This document shows positions 11,932-25,496 of a DNA stretch of 64,000 nt, one piece after another. The stretch lies in assembly GCA_028023455.1 (NCBI GenBank), contig JAQFVV010000003.1, positions 5,890,001 through 5,954,000 on the forward strand, written 5' to 3'. This stretch comes from Epiperipatus broadwayi. Lineage: Eukaryota; Animalia; Onychophora. Position 1 is the stretch's first letter; each line of letters opens with the position of its first letter. The translations under genes and the position numbers were made by a program. Below the pieces are notes generated by a model. That model searched no databases. It had not been told where the DNA came from and saw only the letters and a list, made by a program, of their open reading frames with translations.

Positions 11932-13399
11932 TTTGATGATTGGCAAAATATATATACAAACGACCTTCTCAAAAATCAGATCAAAAACTCTTATTAGCTA
12001 ACCAGCATGTATACATTGTGAGTGGAAAATCGAACTTATCATTCAAACAGAAAACTCTGCAACCATCAAAATAAAAAATCTTAGACAAGAATATCTCATT
12101 GAATATGGATAAAAGCTAGAATAAAAGTATATGGTTTAAAACTCAGCAAGTTAAGGAGTTTTAAATTATAAATATCAGAAATAACTTTCAATTTATTTGA
12201 TAGTTAAGTGTATTTTCAATCTTGAGCCAGAGTTAGATCAACTTTAAATTGAGATTGACAATAGCCAATAACTTGCTATTCAAAAAACTCAAGGAATTTA
12301 TTGAACTACATATGTAAAGATACAGACAACTATGCACTGCTAAATGTGAAGTTATCCCAAGGGAAGAGATTCATCACCCAAACTCAACATCTCAAGGTAG
12401 ACCATACAAAAAAAGAAATTCAGATCATCATCGTGTATGTTCTAGAATATTCAAATCCCACCAATTGAATCATGAACTATAATAAAAAGGACATATACAA
12501 TCCCTTTAGGACATTTTCATTTATAGATTCTTGATAACAAGTTTTAATTTTTTTGTTAGTATTGATGTTGAATGATTATTCTTTGAGAGGAAAAGAGAGA
12601 GTGGATTAATAAATATTAACCACATTAATCAATGAATAGTCATGGGTATCTAAGCAAATCAATTGCTTTTGTTATAATCTCTCATTGCATAAATTGTAAT
12701 TATTGTGAATAAATTTGTTAAATATATGATTTCAAATTAAAGAATGTCATTTGTGTTTTTTCCTTATTCATTTATCAATTTATCACATGCTCACACAACA
12801 AAGTAATATTAATATTCCCTGAAGTAGAATATTATGCATATTCTTCCTAAGCTTAAATTCTGGGATAAACAGAAATTAAGGATAGAGAAAAGAGATGAGC
12901 ATACATGTAGATATTTGACATATGTCAATATGTCATCTCCTAGGAGTGAGATCAAAGTAAATATGAGCCTAGAAGTTTAAGAATCCTAAATACACTTTCT
13001 CATTCACTCTGATAATCTATCAAGTCTACTATTATGCAATGAGAAAATTCATTCTGTTACTCTCTTTCTCTCTCTATATATATTGTACCAAAGTACATTG
13101 ATATGGAATTAATTTATTATGAATCCCATGTTTTAAAATATAAAATTTTAATATTAAGAGAATAAAATGTAAAAACTAAAGAGCAGAGGGGATGGGGATT
13201 TTGTTATTAAGAAAAATAAACTGTAGACACTGTTTAAAATAATACGCTGTTTAAAATAATAATATTTTTTTTAGTTTAAAAGAAGTAAAAAATCATGTAA
13301 TAAATAAATGATTTAATATTCTTTAAATGAATATTTTAATAAAATAATAAATAGATTTCGTTTTATCTTATAATAAATAAATATATGTGCGTGTGTGTG

Positions 13400-14300
13400 T
13401 GCAATTTTTAATAAAAAGTAGACGCCAGAAGCTGATTTTATTTCATGAGATGAACGCTGCTGCTAAGTAAAGTTTTCCATTGTTTAAAACAGTATAAATA
13501 GCTCAATTTTTGTTCATTCTTGGTCTGACTTTCTCATTTTAATAAAATATTTCTTGAAGTAATATTTCCAAAAATGTTGCGATGTTAAAACCAACGTATT
13601 TTCAGTTGACCGAAAGCCGCTCTCTACGCATTTAAGATCTGCAAGTAGTTTGGAAAGTAATCATGTTGAAATAGACTAAATGGACAGCAGAGTGCAGGGA
13701 CTGCCAAACCAGCCACGAAAATCATAACAAGTCATAGGATCCATGAAGGAATCATTTACCGGTCGTCGATGAATTAAGAAATAATTCCATTATACTGTTT
13801 ATGTCATATATAAAACCTAGGTAATTATTTGACTTTGATATCTAAATATTTCCGATTTCTTCTTAAAATAAAGATAGACTTTATTGAAAGAACTTTTGAA
13901 CTTTTTGAATTAAACTTAAAAAAAAAGAATAAACTTTAAACTTCAAAAAAGTAATATTTTGTGATAATAAAATAAGTGAAAGCAGCTTCTATTAAATAAT
14001 ATTTTTGAAACAATGGCATGCACGTATGTGTGATTTGATTTTTTAAACTTAAAAAAATAAAAATAAATATGATGTAACGTGTATAATTTATTTGCTAAAG
14101 TAATATATTAAAATGCTTATTTTAATCTTTAAAAAAAAAGAAGTGTGTGTGTCTTATTATAAGATAAAATGATTTATTTATCCTTAAAATAATATAAAAA
14201 ACACTTAAATTATTTTTCTTAAAACATTTATGTTTATTTCTGATACGTGCGGGTAAGTATAAATATTTATTTTCTTAATAAGAGTAGGAGGAAAATAATC
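13400..14300. promoter_or_regulatory. CpG-retaining, promoter-like island with divergent splice donors
   Basis: Higher GC/CpG at 13420-13780 and near 14245; minus donor CCG|GTAAAT (exon end 13760) and plus donor CGG|GTAAGT (exon end 14252). Confidence 0.4.
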
Positions 14301-15621
14301 TAATCATTAATAATAATAGTTTAGAAAAGATTCGCTGATTTAAATCTATAAATGTTTTGGCATTCAGTATAATGTTGTATTAATAGTTTTAAAGGATTGA
14401 AGTATTATTTAGAATGGTTCGGGGAAAATTATTTTAGTTTTAAAAAAAATAGTAGTAGCTTAGAAGAGGCAGCATTTAAGATATACCTTTTGTTTGTCTA
14501 TTTAGTGGATGGTTGGAACCGGTTGAGCTAGCAGGGATTCAGATACCAAGTTGTGCTAATCAGATAAACATGCTAATTCTAATATAATTAGCTGGCACCT
14601 AAGGGATTTTCTTTCTTCTTTAAAAATAATAATAAAGTGTTTATTTGATCGGTATATATTTGGTAGTCGAGTGTTGAATGTTATTGATAGTTGGCTATTG
14701 ATAATATTTGACACTTTATCTGAAAACCAACCATTTTTTTCTGAAAGGGAAATTTAGGAGGACAAAATATAAAAAATATTAGTTAATATTTTATTTGTCG
14801 ATGCTAGGTGTTTGTTGTTTCCCGTAAGTGTAAGTAGAAATTTTTAAATTGTAAGTTGATAGCGTTAAAATTATTTGAAGGTAGTAAATAATATGAAGTG
14901 AAGGTAGAAAACGGTGAATAAATAGTTAGTTAGTCTCTGTGTATTTTTTATAATTGTTGTTCAGAGCAGGTTGGGTTATTTTATCAGGTTGGATTCAATT
15001 ATCAGATTGGTTCAATATATATATATATAAACTAAGTATTATATGACTCTTTATATTTACTTCAAATTTCTTTAATAATTTACCCTTTTTATCATTTATA
15101 ATGTCATCTTGGATATATCAACAAAGCATTATGTGATTCTTCCAACTTACATTTAACATCTGCATTAAGAGGATTTTATATGATCATTTCTAGTTGTTAC
15201 CTTTTGATGTGAAAGATGAATGTGGTTTTAAATAACATCTAAGATCTTTAAATATTGTTCATGATATATTATCACACAATATAAATATTTTAAGGCATTT
15301 AAAACTTTCAAGTCATTGTTATAAATAAATAAAAGAGAACTGCTAGATATGATTTACATTCAGTATTCTTCTGTGACAATGATAAATAGACAAAAATTTG
15401 TCAGAGAATTTGATTGGCAATACCATCTCATGTTTATGATCACAATGCACAACTTTGAAATAAAATAATAGAATGAATTATGCAGTTAATAGTCTATTTT
15501 GTATTTTTCAATTATATGAAAGTTTAAGTTTAATATAAACATATAAACTGTAATAGTTAAACAGCATTAAGCTGTTGCAGATGCGCTTTGCAGATTTTAA
15601 CTATAAATGACTGAATACTAA

Positions 15622-15723
15622 CACTTCAAACACATGATAAAGTCTTTGGGAAAAGATAGAGTGGCCTCTATCTTTTCGAACCCAAACGCTTTTGTATGGG
15701 CAAATCTTAAGTGTCTGAAAGTG
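15622..15723 (+). ncRNA. Structured RNA candidate, box C/D snoRNA-like
   Basis: Box C-like ATGATAA (15634-15640), box D CTGA (15715-15718), terminal CACTT/AAGTG pairing, perfect 12-bp hairpin GAAAAGATAGAG-TGGC-CTCTATCTTTTC extended by AAAGTCTTTGGG/CCCAAACGCTTT. Confidence 0.35.
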
Positions 15724-16371
15724 AAAGCATGAAGATATTAAATAATCACATTAAATTACTTTTACATGCTTGAATGAATGATGCTGGTGAAAATTACTAA
15801 AATTTACAATACGTCATTTTTATTTGAAATTAAATGTATGTAAATAAATCAATTATTTTATATAGTGCAATATAAAATAATTGATTTATTTATAAACATA
15901 TAAGTAAATTATGAATTAATGCTTGTAGATATGAATACCTTTATCAATTATGGGATCTACAGTATATCACAATCATATATTTCTTTACTGTCATTGTGTA
16001 AAAAATAATTTGACTGGTTGAGATCATAATCTGCATTGGTATTAGAACTGAAATATTTCAAACAAATTAAATAATTATTATTTTAAAATTTTCAAAAGAG
16101 CATAATAAAAAAACAAGATAAAAACTAGTGCCAATTGTTAATAATATAATGAAAAAATATGTACTTGTTTTTGAAGGCAGTGACTGAAGTTAGAAATTAG
16201 AAGAAGAATTAGATAGTGCTGACTTCTATAAAATACTATATGTTACCAGACTTACATTAGTGTAGAGGTAAAACAGCCATCTGCCATATTCACAAACTAC
16301 TTTCAAATTTGAGTCAAATAAAGCCTGAATTTTCCCCATGTTTCTACCAGGCTTATGATGTATTTTTTCAG

Positions 16372-16459
16372 TTAGTTATTAAATGAATCAATAGCTATTC
16401 TTAGATAAAAATAGGACAGAAAACTGTACAACACTAACATCCAAAAATTAGTCAATATG
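16372..16459 (+). other. Candidate non-coding (5'UTR/lncRNA) exon ending in ATG
   Basis: Strong acceptor tattttttcAG and donor ATG|GTAAGC; stops in all three frames. Confidence 0.3.
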
Positions 16460-16893
16460 GTAAGCATTGATTCTCTTTCACTATCCCTATGAGGGACAGC
16501 TGGTTAAATCTTTGCCTTGAAAAAAGTTAGTTAAAGATTATATCTGCCTACATTGCATTTAAATGTAAATCTATAAAACTGTTTTGAAAGAGTTTTTAAT
16601 TTTCATTTTAAATAAATAAGAAAAAAATCTGAATATATGTAAAGATTATCTGCTCAAAGACAAATAGAATTAATGTACTAGTAGAAAACTATTACTAAGT
16701 AATATTTGATCATCATAAGTTATTATTCCACTTAGCACAATTTATTTTACTATTTTAATATTAGAGCTACATCTTAAATTTCAATATTCCCATTACAGCA
16801 TTAATAGGCATTTAAAAATTTTCAACAAATATTTATATGGTTCAAAATATTTTAATAAGACAGGGGATTTTTATAAAATTCAAACTGGCTTAC

Positions 16894-16943
16894 CTTTGAA
16901 TCTTAACAATATTAAGATTATTTATGTTACAGTATAATAAAAT
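16894..16943 (-). other. Candidate 50-nt exon (ILLYCNINNLNIVKIQ, phase 0 to 2)
   Basis: Acceptor ttatttttttAG, donor AAG|GTAAGC, one open frame; no homology recognised. Confidence 0.25.
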
Positions 16944-17098
16944 CTAAAAAAATAACTAAATATATTATAATTTACTCTCACAAACAAATTAATAAATTAT
17001 ATTTAAAATTTTGCATACCATTTATTTATAAACACCTTATTATAATTAATTTAAAGAGAAATTAAAATAAAAACATGCTTTTAAAAAGTTTACCACAG

Positions 17099-17184
17099 AT
17101 CAAAAGTTTAGGAAATATTCCAAATGTAATTGTGAAGAAGACATTATTAATCAGACTGGTCGTGATGATTTTAGCAGTTTATAA
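17099..17184 (+). other. Candidate terminal exon (DQKFRKYSKCNCEEDIINQTGRDDFSSL* in phase 1)
   Basis: Acceptor tttaccacAG, open frame to TAA, AATAAA about 100 nt downstream; no homology recognised. Confidence 0.2.
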
Positions 17185-20100
17185 TCCATGTTTTATAAAG
17201 CAGATGACTGATTTTGTATCTATTACTCCCAAACTTCTATTGTTTAAAAAAAATTTCACAAGTGATTTTTAATCTTTTATAATAAATAAATTATTTTATA
17301 CATACATTTACATGCAAAATTAAAGAAAAAAATATTCATTTAATATCTATAATAAATTGTAATGAACTGACTGGGAGTTTCATGTATTAACAGAGTTTGG
17401 GTTTATGATAGAAATAAAAAAATCTATTTTGAAATTCAAAAAATTAACAAATGTGAAATAGCCTTTTAACTGTGCTGTTTTAGAATATACTCATGAGTCT
17501 TTTATGTTCCCTTTTTTCATATTTTTTTCTTCAATTATACCTTTTAATAGAAAAAAAACATATTTATCACCAAATATTTACATTTTAGTTAAATTTCATT
17601 AAAAGCATAATTTCAAATAATGAAAATAATTAAAGCTTCAGTCTAAAAAAATGTATTTAATGAAATTAAAACTTAATCTTCTACAAATTTTTTGTTTAGA
17701 CAAATTTTAATAAAATAAAAGATCCTAAAATGAAAATTATCTTAGAAATATTAAAAATCAATTATATACATTTTCCACAAGCTAACTTTCTCCTAATAAT
17801 CAAATATATTGAAATAAATGCTACATGTAAACATCATATTTATTGAACAATAAATATTTAATAATTATAAAAAAAGTAAACTCATAAACAAATAAAATAT
17901 ATGTTTATTTTTCTGTGAAAATCAGATGAAAATTTTGTACAGAAACATAAACATACTTTACTCGAAGAAGAAAGTGACTTCATCTTTCTTGCTACATTGA
18001 TTGTTTAAATATTTAAACACAATAATTATAATTAAAATTTTAACTTAAAGCCATGATATTTCATTAAAAAAATATAATTCCATTGAAAATTTTTACCATT
18101 AATGATCTACATGGATTTTGGTTTTTGAGATCTCTTAATGCAAATTGCAATACTAATAGAAGTCTGATAGGATCCTACATTTTAAGGTTAATGGTGATTT
18201 TTCTGATTCAACTGTCCAAGATCTGTATGGAACTTGATATAATTACCAAGTTTTATAGAGAATATATTTGAGTTTTAAGTCATAAATAGGTGTATAAATC
18301 ATTATATAATAAGAGCCTGAATTTTTATACACACACATACCTTATAATTATAAACACTGCAATGATTTTGCAAAATCATTTGATCTTGTTCCAGATGATC
18401 AAAATTATAAATTCTTACAGATTAAAATTTATTTTATCTCTTGCGGAAAAATAAAAATATATATATTCAAATGTCTTATTAAATAAAATTTACTGAATTT
18501 GATCAGTTAGGACAAAATTTAAATCTAAAAATTCAATAACCTAAAGATAAATAAGATTTAGGGTTTTTTTCCTGTCAGTAAAACTAAAGAAACCTAAGAA
18601 GGCAAAAAATAATTAAATTTTAAAAGTTATATATATCATCTCTGCTGTTTTTATCTTAAGTTTTATTTTAAAAAATATTAATAACTATATTTTATTTATC
18701 TCAGTATTTAGAATAAGATGTATAAAACATTTTAAAGCTTAAACTGACTTAACTAGTATGACAAAATATCAGCTTTCATTATACAAAAAGTAAAAAGCTC
18801 ATTAAAGTTTATGATACTGCTCTGAAATTGAGATGCTGAAATAAAATGCTTTAAGAGAGTGTAAACAGCACACTATCACAGTAGATAAAAAGATATTTAG
18901 TCAAGAAGTGACGTGCCAATTCATTCATCCAAATGAATGGTTTCATTTAATTGACCAAAATGAGATTTTTCATATTGTTATTAAGTGGACATCAAACCAG
19001 GAACCTTTAGCTGGTCATTCCCTATTCAAGAGTGTTTTTCAGCCTTCTTCTAATGTAGTCGCCAATTTGGTAATTTTTTCTAGCATCACCTCTTTTTCTT
19101 ATTCATTATTTTATATAATTATAAATAATTTGCAACATGTATCAGTTAGTTTATATTGTGTACTGTTCTTCCAATAAAATGATTACAGAAGTGGTAAATA
19201 ATGTTATATTAATTATATATGTTTATTTAATAACAATACTGATAAAAAATAATTAGAATAAAATTATGTATAAATAATATATAGAATATATAATGCAATA
19301 TTTGAGTCTGACATGATATTTAGATTTTTTTTTTACATTAATGAAATACTAGAAAGATATTTGGTCTCAATTGGTTTTAATTTTTCTCTTTTATTATTTT
19401 TAATATTACTAAACACAGAAAAACATAATTCACATAAATAAGTAACAGAAAATTACTACAATACTACTCAAATTGTAATTATATTTTGGACTATTTCCAT
19501 TATATATTAATTATCACATGATTTTAAAACAAATTTAAACTTTTTATTTTAACTTTTTAATAACACACATTGTTATTAATAGAACACAAATAGTATATAA
19601 TTCAATGTTTTTTATTCTTTCTTCTTCAAGTGTTGCTGACCTGATCAGTGATGGTAATATCATGGTTACTTTAAAATTCACAAATATTACCAATGTCACA
19701 AACTTTAAGACACACATCATACAATTAAAAACCTTTCAGTGCAGTGATAGGATAGATCTTTTATGCCAATCCAGAATATATCACTTTCAGTTTTTTTGCT
19801 TTAATTTTTAAATTTTCATCATAAAAGGTATCTCTTAAATGACTTGCAGCTCACTGGTTCACTACAATTAAGCTATACTTACATGAGGGACTACTAATTA
19901 TCAAATGTCATTACTATATCTAATAAAATATTCTGGAGATATGAGTATAAAATCACTATTATCTAGTATTTATTGATGATTCTGGATTAGTCTAAAAAAA
20001 CAGTTGGCTTAATTCTAGTATTTGATGATGTCAACAGATAAACTGTACAATAACTAAGTTTTAAATCTTTATTCTAAACCATCATTGTCTGGTACAAATC

Positions 20101-20449
20101 TTAAGCTATACTTAAGTATTGACAAAAGTTAACTTTAAATTGCTAGACTGCATCACTGAATTGTTGAGAAATACAATTTAAATTCAAAATATTAAAGATG
20201 GAAAAGATGAGAATTGATTTTATATATACAAGAAATATGGTAACTAAATAATGATTATTTTACAGACTATAATTAGAGCTTTCATATCTCTAGATTTTAT
20301 TTACATTATATCTTGGTACCTATAATTGAATGACTTCATTGTTCGGAAATTATTAAGTTTTAGAAATAACAGAACTGGAATCAATCTAAGGATCTTAGTT
20401 TCATAGTTTAACATTCTATAGCTGCAATAAATATGCAGGTAAATAGAGC

Positions 20450-20731
20450 GATTTGAACCCAGGATTTTCCAGACTATTAATCCTTCACTCTATTTCAAGA
20501 AACTAATAAACATGACTATATATATATATGATCTCCAATATATATTTTGTGCAGAACCAGCACTCATCAGTTGGGCAATATCTTAATCTCTCACAGATGT
20601 ATATAATCCAGCATGAGGGTTATATTAAGATAGCGATTCCTCAAACTTTAATGGACAGTCTTCAATCTTCTCACTCTTCCAACTATTCAACTGTGCATTT
20701 CATTGAAAAACTGATGATGGAATACTCAAAG
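20450..20731 (-). mobile_element. Single copy of the HHR-bearing repeat family
   Basis: Colinear with 5382-5680 (gatttgaacccag..., ccagcactcatcag, ctcaaactttaatggac..cttcaatcttctc, cattgaaaa.ctgatgat). Confidence 0.8.
20535..20574 (-). ncRNA. Minimal type I hammerhead ribozyme, one core substitution (G12A)
   Basis: Minus strand: CCAA-CTGATGA-GTGC(tggttct)GCAC-AAAA-TATA-TA-TTGG: stem I CCAA/TTGG, perfect stem II, palindromic ATATAT in place of stem III. Confidence 0.65.
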
Positions 20732-21307
20732 GTGTTGGATTTGATATTATAATCATACCAATATAGACACTAATAATAAAATGAGTTTATATATTTCTGC
20801 CTTGGGTAGTGTTTAACCACACTGAATTAGGGTGGTTTATAAAAAAAAACTATATTGCTTAATGTTCATATTTTAATATCCACTTTGTCTGTTTACTTTT
20901 ATTCATGTACGATAAACAATCACTATATTTTCATGAAATCCTTAAAGATGATGTGCGAAGACATTTGAAATTGAGAGTTATTTTTGAAATGTATATTTTG
21001 CAGAAAAATTAATCAGTTATAAAATGATAAAAAGATAAAAAATATTTCATGTATTGTAATTAAAGCTTCCATCATTCCAAATTTTTATATATCAACCAGT
21101 TAATGTATTGAGTTCATTCTCAAAACTTTAAAGAATAGGTGATTCCACTCTATTTTTAATCCTTTGTCAATTAAATGTTAATTATTCATAATCTGAGGAG
21201 AGAGCAGTTTATTCTATTAAAAATATTTTTAAAATACAAAAAAAGAATATAACTTAGAATTAAGAAATCATCTTTAAAAAAAAATCGTTTTTAACATTAT
21301 GATTAAA

Positions 21308-21418
21308 ATTTTTTTTTTTCTCCATGTGTCATAGCATCGGCCGGGACGCGAACCCACAACCGTCTGCAACCAACTATTTGCTTGCATGGTAGCTGCGATA
21401 CCTCTCGGCTAACAATGC
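21308..21418 (-). mobile_element. tRNA-Gly-like SINE / retroposed tRNA-derived element (copy 1)
   Basis: Minus strand GCATTGTTAGCCGAGAGGT...GGGTTCGCGTCCCGGCCGATGC-tatgacacatggag-A(n); homologous to 57826 and 63210. Confidence 0.75.
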
Positions 21419-21488
21419 AAGACTTTTTATTTTTACCACCATATAAACTTACAATACTTCAAAATACTTACTATATATATATATATAT

Positions 21489-22076
21489 TGTAACCTCAAC
21501 TTTAATTCAAGTAGCTAGTCGATTGAATCGAACCCTGGGATCAAACAAGAACGGCTAGTGTGTTTATCTAATGATACTAATAATAAGACTAAGTATACCC
21601 AGGTGCCAAATTGTAACTATGAAATCGTAATGCCCACCAGAGATCATCATCATCCATGCTTATTACTATAGAAGACAATGGAGAAAGTAATTAAATTGTC
21701 TCTCAAAAAAAATATAATGTTGATAAATCCGATTCAATTTATTGTTGTCTTGGTTTCAAACCTAGGAACAATTATACAAATGTTTCCGTGATAAATTCTT
21801 ATTACTAATTGAATAATAATGAGACAACTTTCTTCCACAACCTTATATAAATACATGATCTCGAGTGGTAACTACGAGAATGTTGTATACATTTTTAATA
21901 CATACATGACTAGAAATAAATTAATAATCGATGCGGAGAACTCATAACTTATACTAATAATATAAAATTATTATTTAATTTAAAGTAGGATAAAGAAATG
22001 TTATAAATAAATCCTTCCCATTTAATCCCACTACTTTATTTTTCGTTCTCAGCATCTATCACTTTTAATAGTTACA
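21489..22076 (+). mobile_element. Probable solo LTR
   Basis: Perfect TGTAAC...GTTACA termini, TATATAAA near 21845 followed by AATAAA motifs (about 21915 and 22005), CpG-rich interior; TSD not resolvable because the left flank is a (TA)n tract. Confidence 0.45.
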
Positions 22077-22620
22077 ATTATATAACACTGACTGTCTGTG
22101 TTATATTCTCCTTTATAGATTCTCAATCCTATTCTCTTCAAAACACATATAAGCCTTCCAACCGACTATAGATTCGTCATCATTATTATAATGGTATTTC
22201 CCGAATTCCAAGCTAGCTTTTAGATTTAATAATCGAAGCACTCCTTCTCAATGTCTAGATCTGCTAACGAGATGCAATTATTAACGATTACATTGCAATG
22301 GATATGATTCCCAACTTACTAAATTAAACTTTAATGTGAGTTTACCAGTGGGAATCATATTAAATACCGAAAGTAGGAAAGGGATTTTATGTCTGCTCCC
22401 AATATTCATAAAACTGCAATGAACCAAATGACTAAATTGAATATATCTAAATTGACTATTTTCTCTCATCTTATTCTATTTCATATCATCTGTTTGGCAA
22501 ATTTAATTAGTACTTTTACATTTTTGTCAAAGTAAACTATGGAAGTAAACTATGGACATTAATCATGGAAATTGATCAAGGAAATTACTTATGTAAGTGA
22601 AACATGGAAATCAATCATAA

Positions 22621-22729
22621 AAATGAATTACGCAAATAAATTATGGAATCAATCAATCTAACAATGAATTATATAAATTTAAATTATGGAATCAATCAAT
22701 CAATATAAATGAATTATGTAAATTTAAAT
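22621..22729. repeat. ~43-bp tandem duplication (taaattatggaatcaatcaatc...)
   Basis: Units begin at 22637 and 22680, with a partial unit upstream. Confidence 0.7.
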
Positions 22730-22989
22730 GTAATCTGGTATTAGTTCTAGACATAGGTGCTGGATATAGATTCTGGAGATATTTGAAATATCAAACACAA
22801 GACACGGATGTAAATTCATAACAATAACAAATCTTTATTACAATAAAAAAAAATCTATATAATTTCATTACAATCTCAAATATTATATGAAACTTACTAA
22901 ATAATAATAATAATGATACATAATACATATTTAGATTAGCTAATTTTTTTTTATAACTTAACCAATGTCTTGACCCATCCTTTAATTGA

Positions 22990-23050
22990 ATATTAATATG
23001 CTTACACACGAAATCAGAATCAGAATTCCGTATTTAAGTATAATATGAAA
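22990..23050 (-). promoter_or_regulatory. Possible first-exon donor of a minus-strand transcript
   Basis: CpG-containing segment ending in TGT|GTAAGC (exon end 23006). Confidence 0.25.
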
Positions 23051-25306
23051 TTATCTTATAACTTGCATAGAACCTATAAATTTCTGCTCCCCCTTTCATT
23101 ACAACAATTATAAATTGAACTATTCCAACAAACAATGATATCTTTACAATAATTATAAATTTAATTATTTCAACAAGCAATAATATCTTTTATCTTTCCT
23201 ATGAAAAGATAATGTGACATGTAAAATCTCTAATCGGTCCAACAAATGGGTTTAAATATAAAACCATAATTTTACATTCATGCATGCTAAATATTCACTG
23301 CTTTCCAATAGTGACTGTATATATTTTGATAGGCCAGTATATTGCCACAGCTTGATGATGTTTAATTTTATTATCCCCCACAAATTCTGACTACAGATCG
23401 GTCAGCTCCCAAATTAAAATAACTCTTTGCCATTCCCTACATTAACACATGCATCTGACTGAAACCCCAATCCTATCAAAACAGCTTTTATCCTGTCTTA
23501 CAAAACCTTCTAGATATTTCATAGCACTATGCAGCACTTCATAACACACACATCAGGGTTTCAGTAAGGGAAATTAAACAACTCACAACTTCAAATGCCT
23601 GCATTGGCCAGAGATAAGCCCTGTCTGAGGCTAGAATCATGTGAGGAAATATAGTCTCTACACATTTAGTCTATATAGGCATGCATAACATTTCCCACAA
23701 CTCTATCAATAACTCTATCAATCATTCCCTACTTAAATAAAAACAAATGGAGCTGGGAACTGGTCCTCAATCTCTTACTGCCATAGTGAATAAATTATGA
23801 GATAGTTATTTCCTATCTATCCCTTTGAGGTAGTAAGATAACTCTACCTCAGTAATAACAAGCATTTATAGCTTCACATGTACACACATAGGGTAATTAC
23901 AGTCTTGATGCAAATGACAAAGTCTGACTGGATCACGAACCAAACCCATGAACTATCTTAATTTAAAAAGTCAAGCACACAGCAACATCCACCCAATCTT
24001 TATAATTATAACAGATCAAATCAACATATTATAGCATAGCAATGACCATTCACATGATCAACCAATCACTTTTCATACATCTAATACTAAGCATATAATT
24101 TTGATAATAAAAAAATATTTCAATCTTTTTTTTTACAAATATGTAAGTATTTATACTTCCTCATTATTACACATCAGCATTTTTTAATTCCCCCCTTTTT
24201 AACTTCAATGGGTCATTATGGGTCAAAATCATTTCTCTTTTTTAAAAAAAAAATTAAAATTAATATAATTGTTGAATCTCTATCAAACATGCTACACATA
24301 TAAATAAAGCAAAATAATAACAAATAATAAACATTATGGATTGTCTCTTTGGTTTGCATTCCCACCGACAACAAATGCCATTCAGTTCACTTGTCTTGGA
24401 AAATGTAAATTTTATAGATGCACATAAAGTTCCTTTTAATCAAGATGTAGCTACATTGATCATGATAATTAAAAGTGGTTGAAAATGAGTCTTGTACATC
24501 ACTTTCATGTTTTGAATCTTTTTTTCCTGAGTTTGAATTTAGATTCTTGGTTTCACAATTTAGTTTCTTCAAATATTATTTTTCTTCTTTTTCTTGGCTT
24601 TTGTTTTTTCTTTTGTCATTGTTAAGTTCAAATCACAATCAAAAAAAATGTAGTGTTAAAAATATTGATTAGTCATCTAACCTTATATTAAAGTTTAATC
24701 TTTCCTTGGAGTTTTATTAACAAGCCATGGATGCAATACTTTTCCTGAGATGTTTTCTTTAAACAAACTTTAAAAAACCCAATATAAAGATTGAGGTACT
24801 GAATACAAAATCTTTTATTATGAGTCAATTTGGTCATAATTGATCTTGGAGAGAGAAAAACTATATACCATTTACAACCGAATTAGCACTTCATATTTAA
24901 GTAATGTTTTTACACTTCTTAATAAGTTAAGTCAATTCAAGAGAAAAAACAATCAGAGGAAACCTATCAGAGATTGAATTAGCAAGTCCCCTCACTTTCT
25001 AGCTATTTATAAGGAAAGGAAAAAAATCATCTGCCAGTTTCTCTTTCCCATGCCTGGTTTTCTCTAATTTATGACTTTCTCTCAGAAATTAACCTTTAAC
25101 CCCATCTGTTAAATGTTAGTTTGATTTACCATCTTTAGCTCTGATTTCGTTAACACATTGCCTTTGATTTATGAAAACTATTCAAAAAAAATATAGGATT
25201 ACTGGGAATTTTTGTAAAACAGATATTATTTAAACAATTCCTTTATTTAAAACTTAAATCTTAGAGCTGAAAACAATAAATAATTCCTATACAAATAAAT
25301 TCATTC

Positions 25307-25378
25307 TACACCAAATTTCTACAAAGGAAAAAAATCTATATATACACCAAATTTCTACAAAGGAAAAAAATCTATATA
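25307..25378. repeat. Perfect 36-bp tandem duplication
   Basis: tacaccaaatttctacaaaggaaaaaaatctatata x2. Confidence 0.95.
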
Positions 25379-25434
25379 TGCATCACACACACACATATGC
25401 ATGTACAATACTAAATAAAAAACTGCTTGTTCAG

Positions 25435-25496
25435 ATTCATATTAGCACAAAATATCTTTTATTCATATTAGCACAAAATATCTTTTATTCATATTA
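25435..25496. repeat. 26-bp tandem repeat (2.4 units)
   Basis: attcatattagcacaaaatatctttt x2 plus attcatatta. Confidence 0.95.

Noticed and set aside
13203-14285. Degenerate inverted repeat around the 13.4-14.3 kb island
   Set aside because: Only two 16-nt nearly all-AT matches with inconsistent spacing; likely chance in this composition.
15634-15696. SECIS-like fold (ATGA, 12-bp helix, AAA, mini-stem)
   Set aside because: The 3' core reads TGTA instead of the essential NGAN, and no selenoprotein ORF is evident upstream.
18860-19177. Long open frame on plus strand; minus strand resembles an integrase C-terminus (YQIGDYIR...)
   Set aside because: No recognisable family on the plus strand and too few residues with several stops on the minus strand to call either.
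21522-21539. IESNPG, resembling a 2A-like DxExNPGP motif
   Set aside because: Lacks the D and the final P, is preceded by a stop, and lies inside a probable LTR.
23826-23851. TGAGGTAGTA, identical to the first 10 nt of let-7
   Set aside because: Similarity stops after 10 nt and the complement follows after only about 10 nt, which is not a let-7 precursor geometry; the surroundings look SINE-like.
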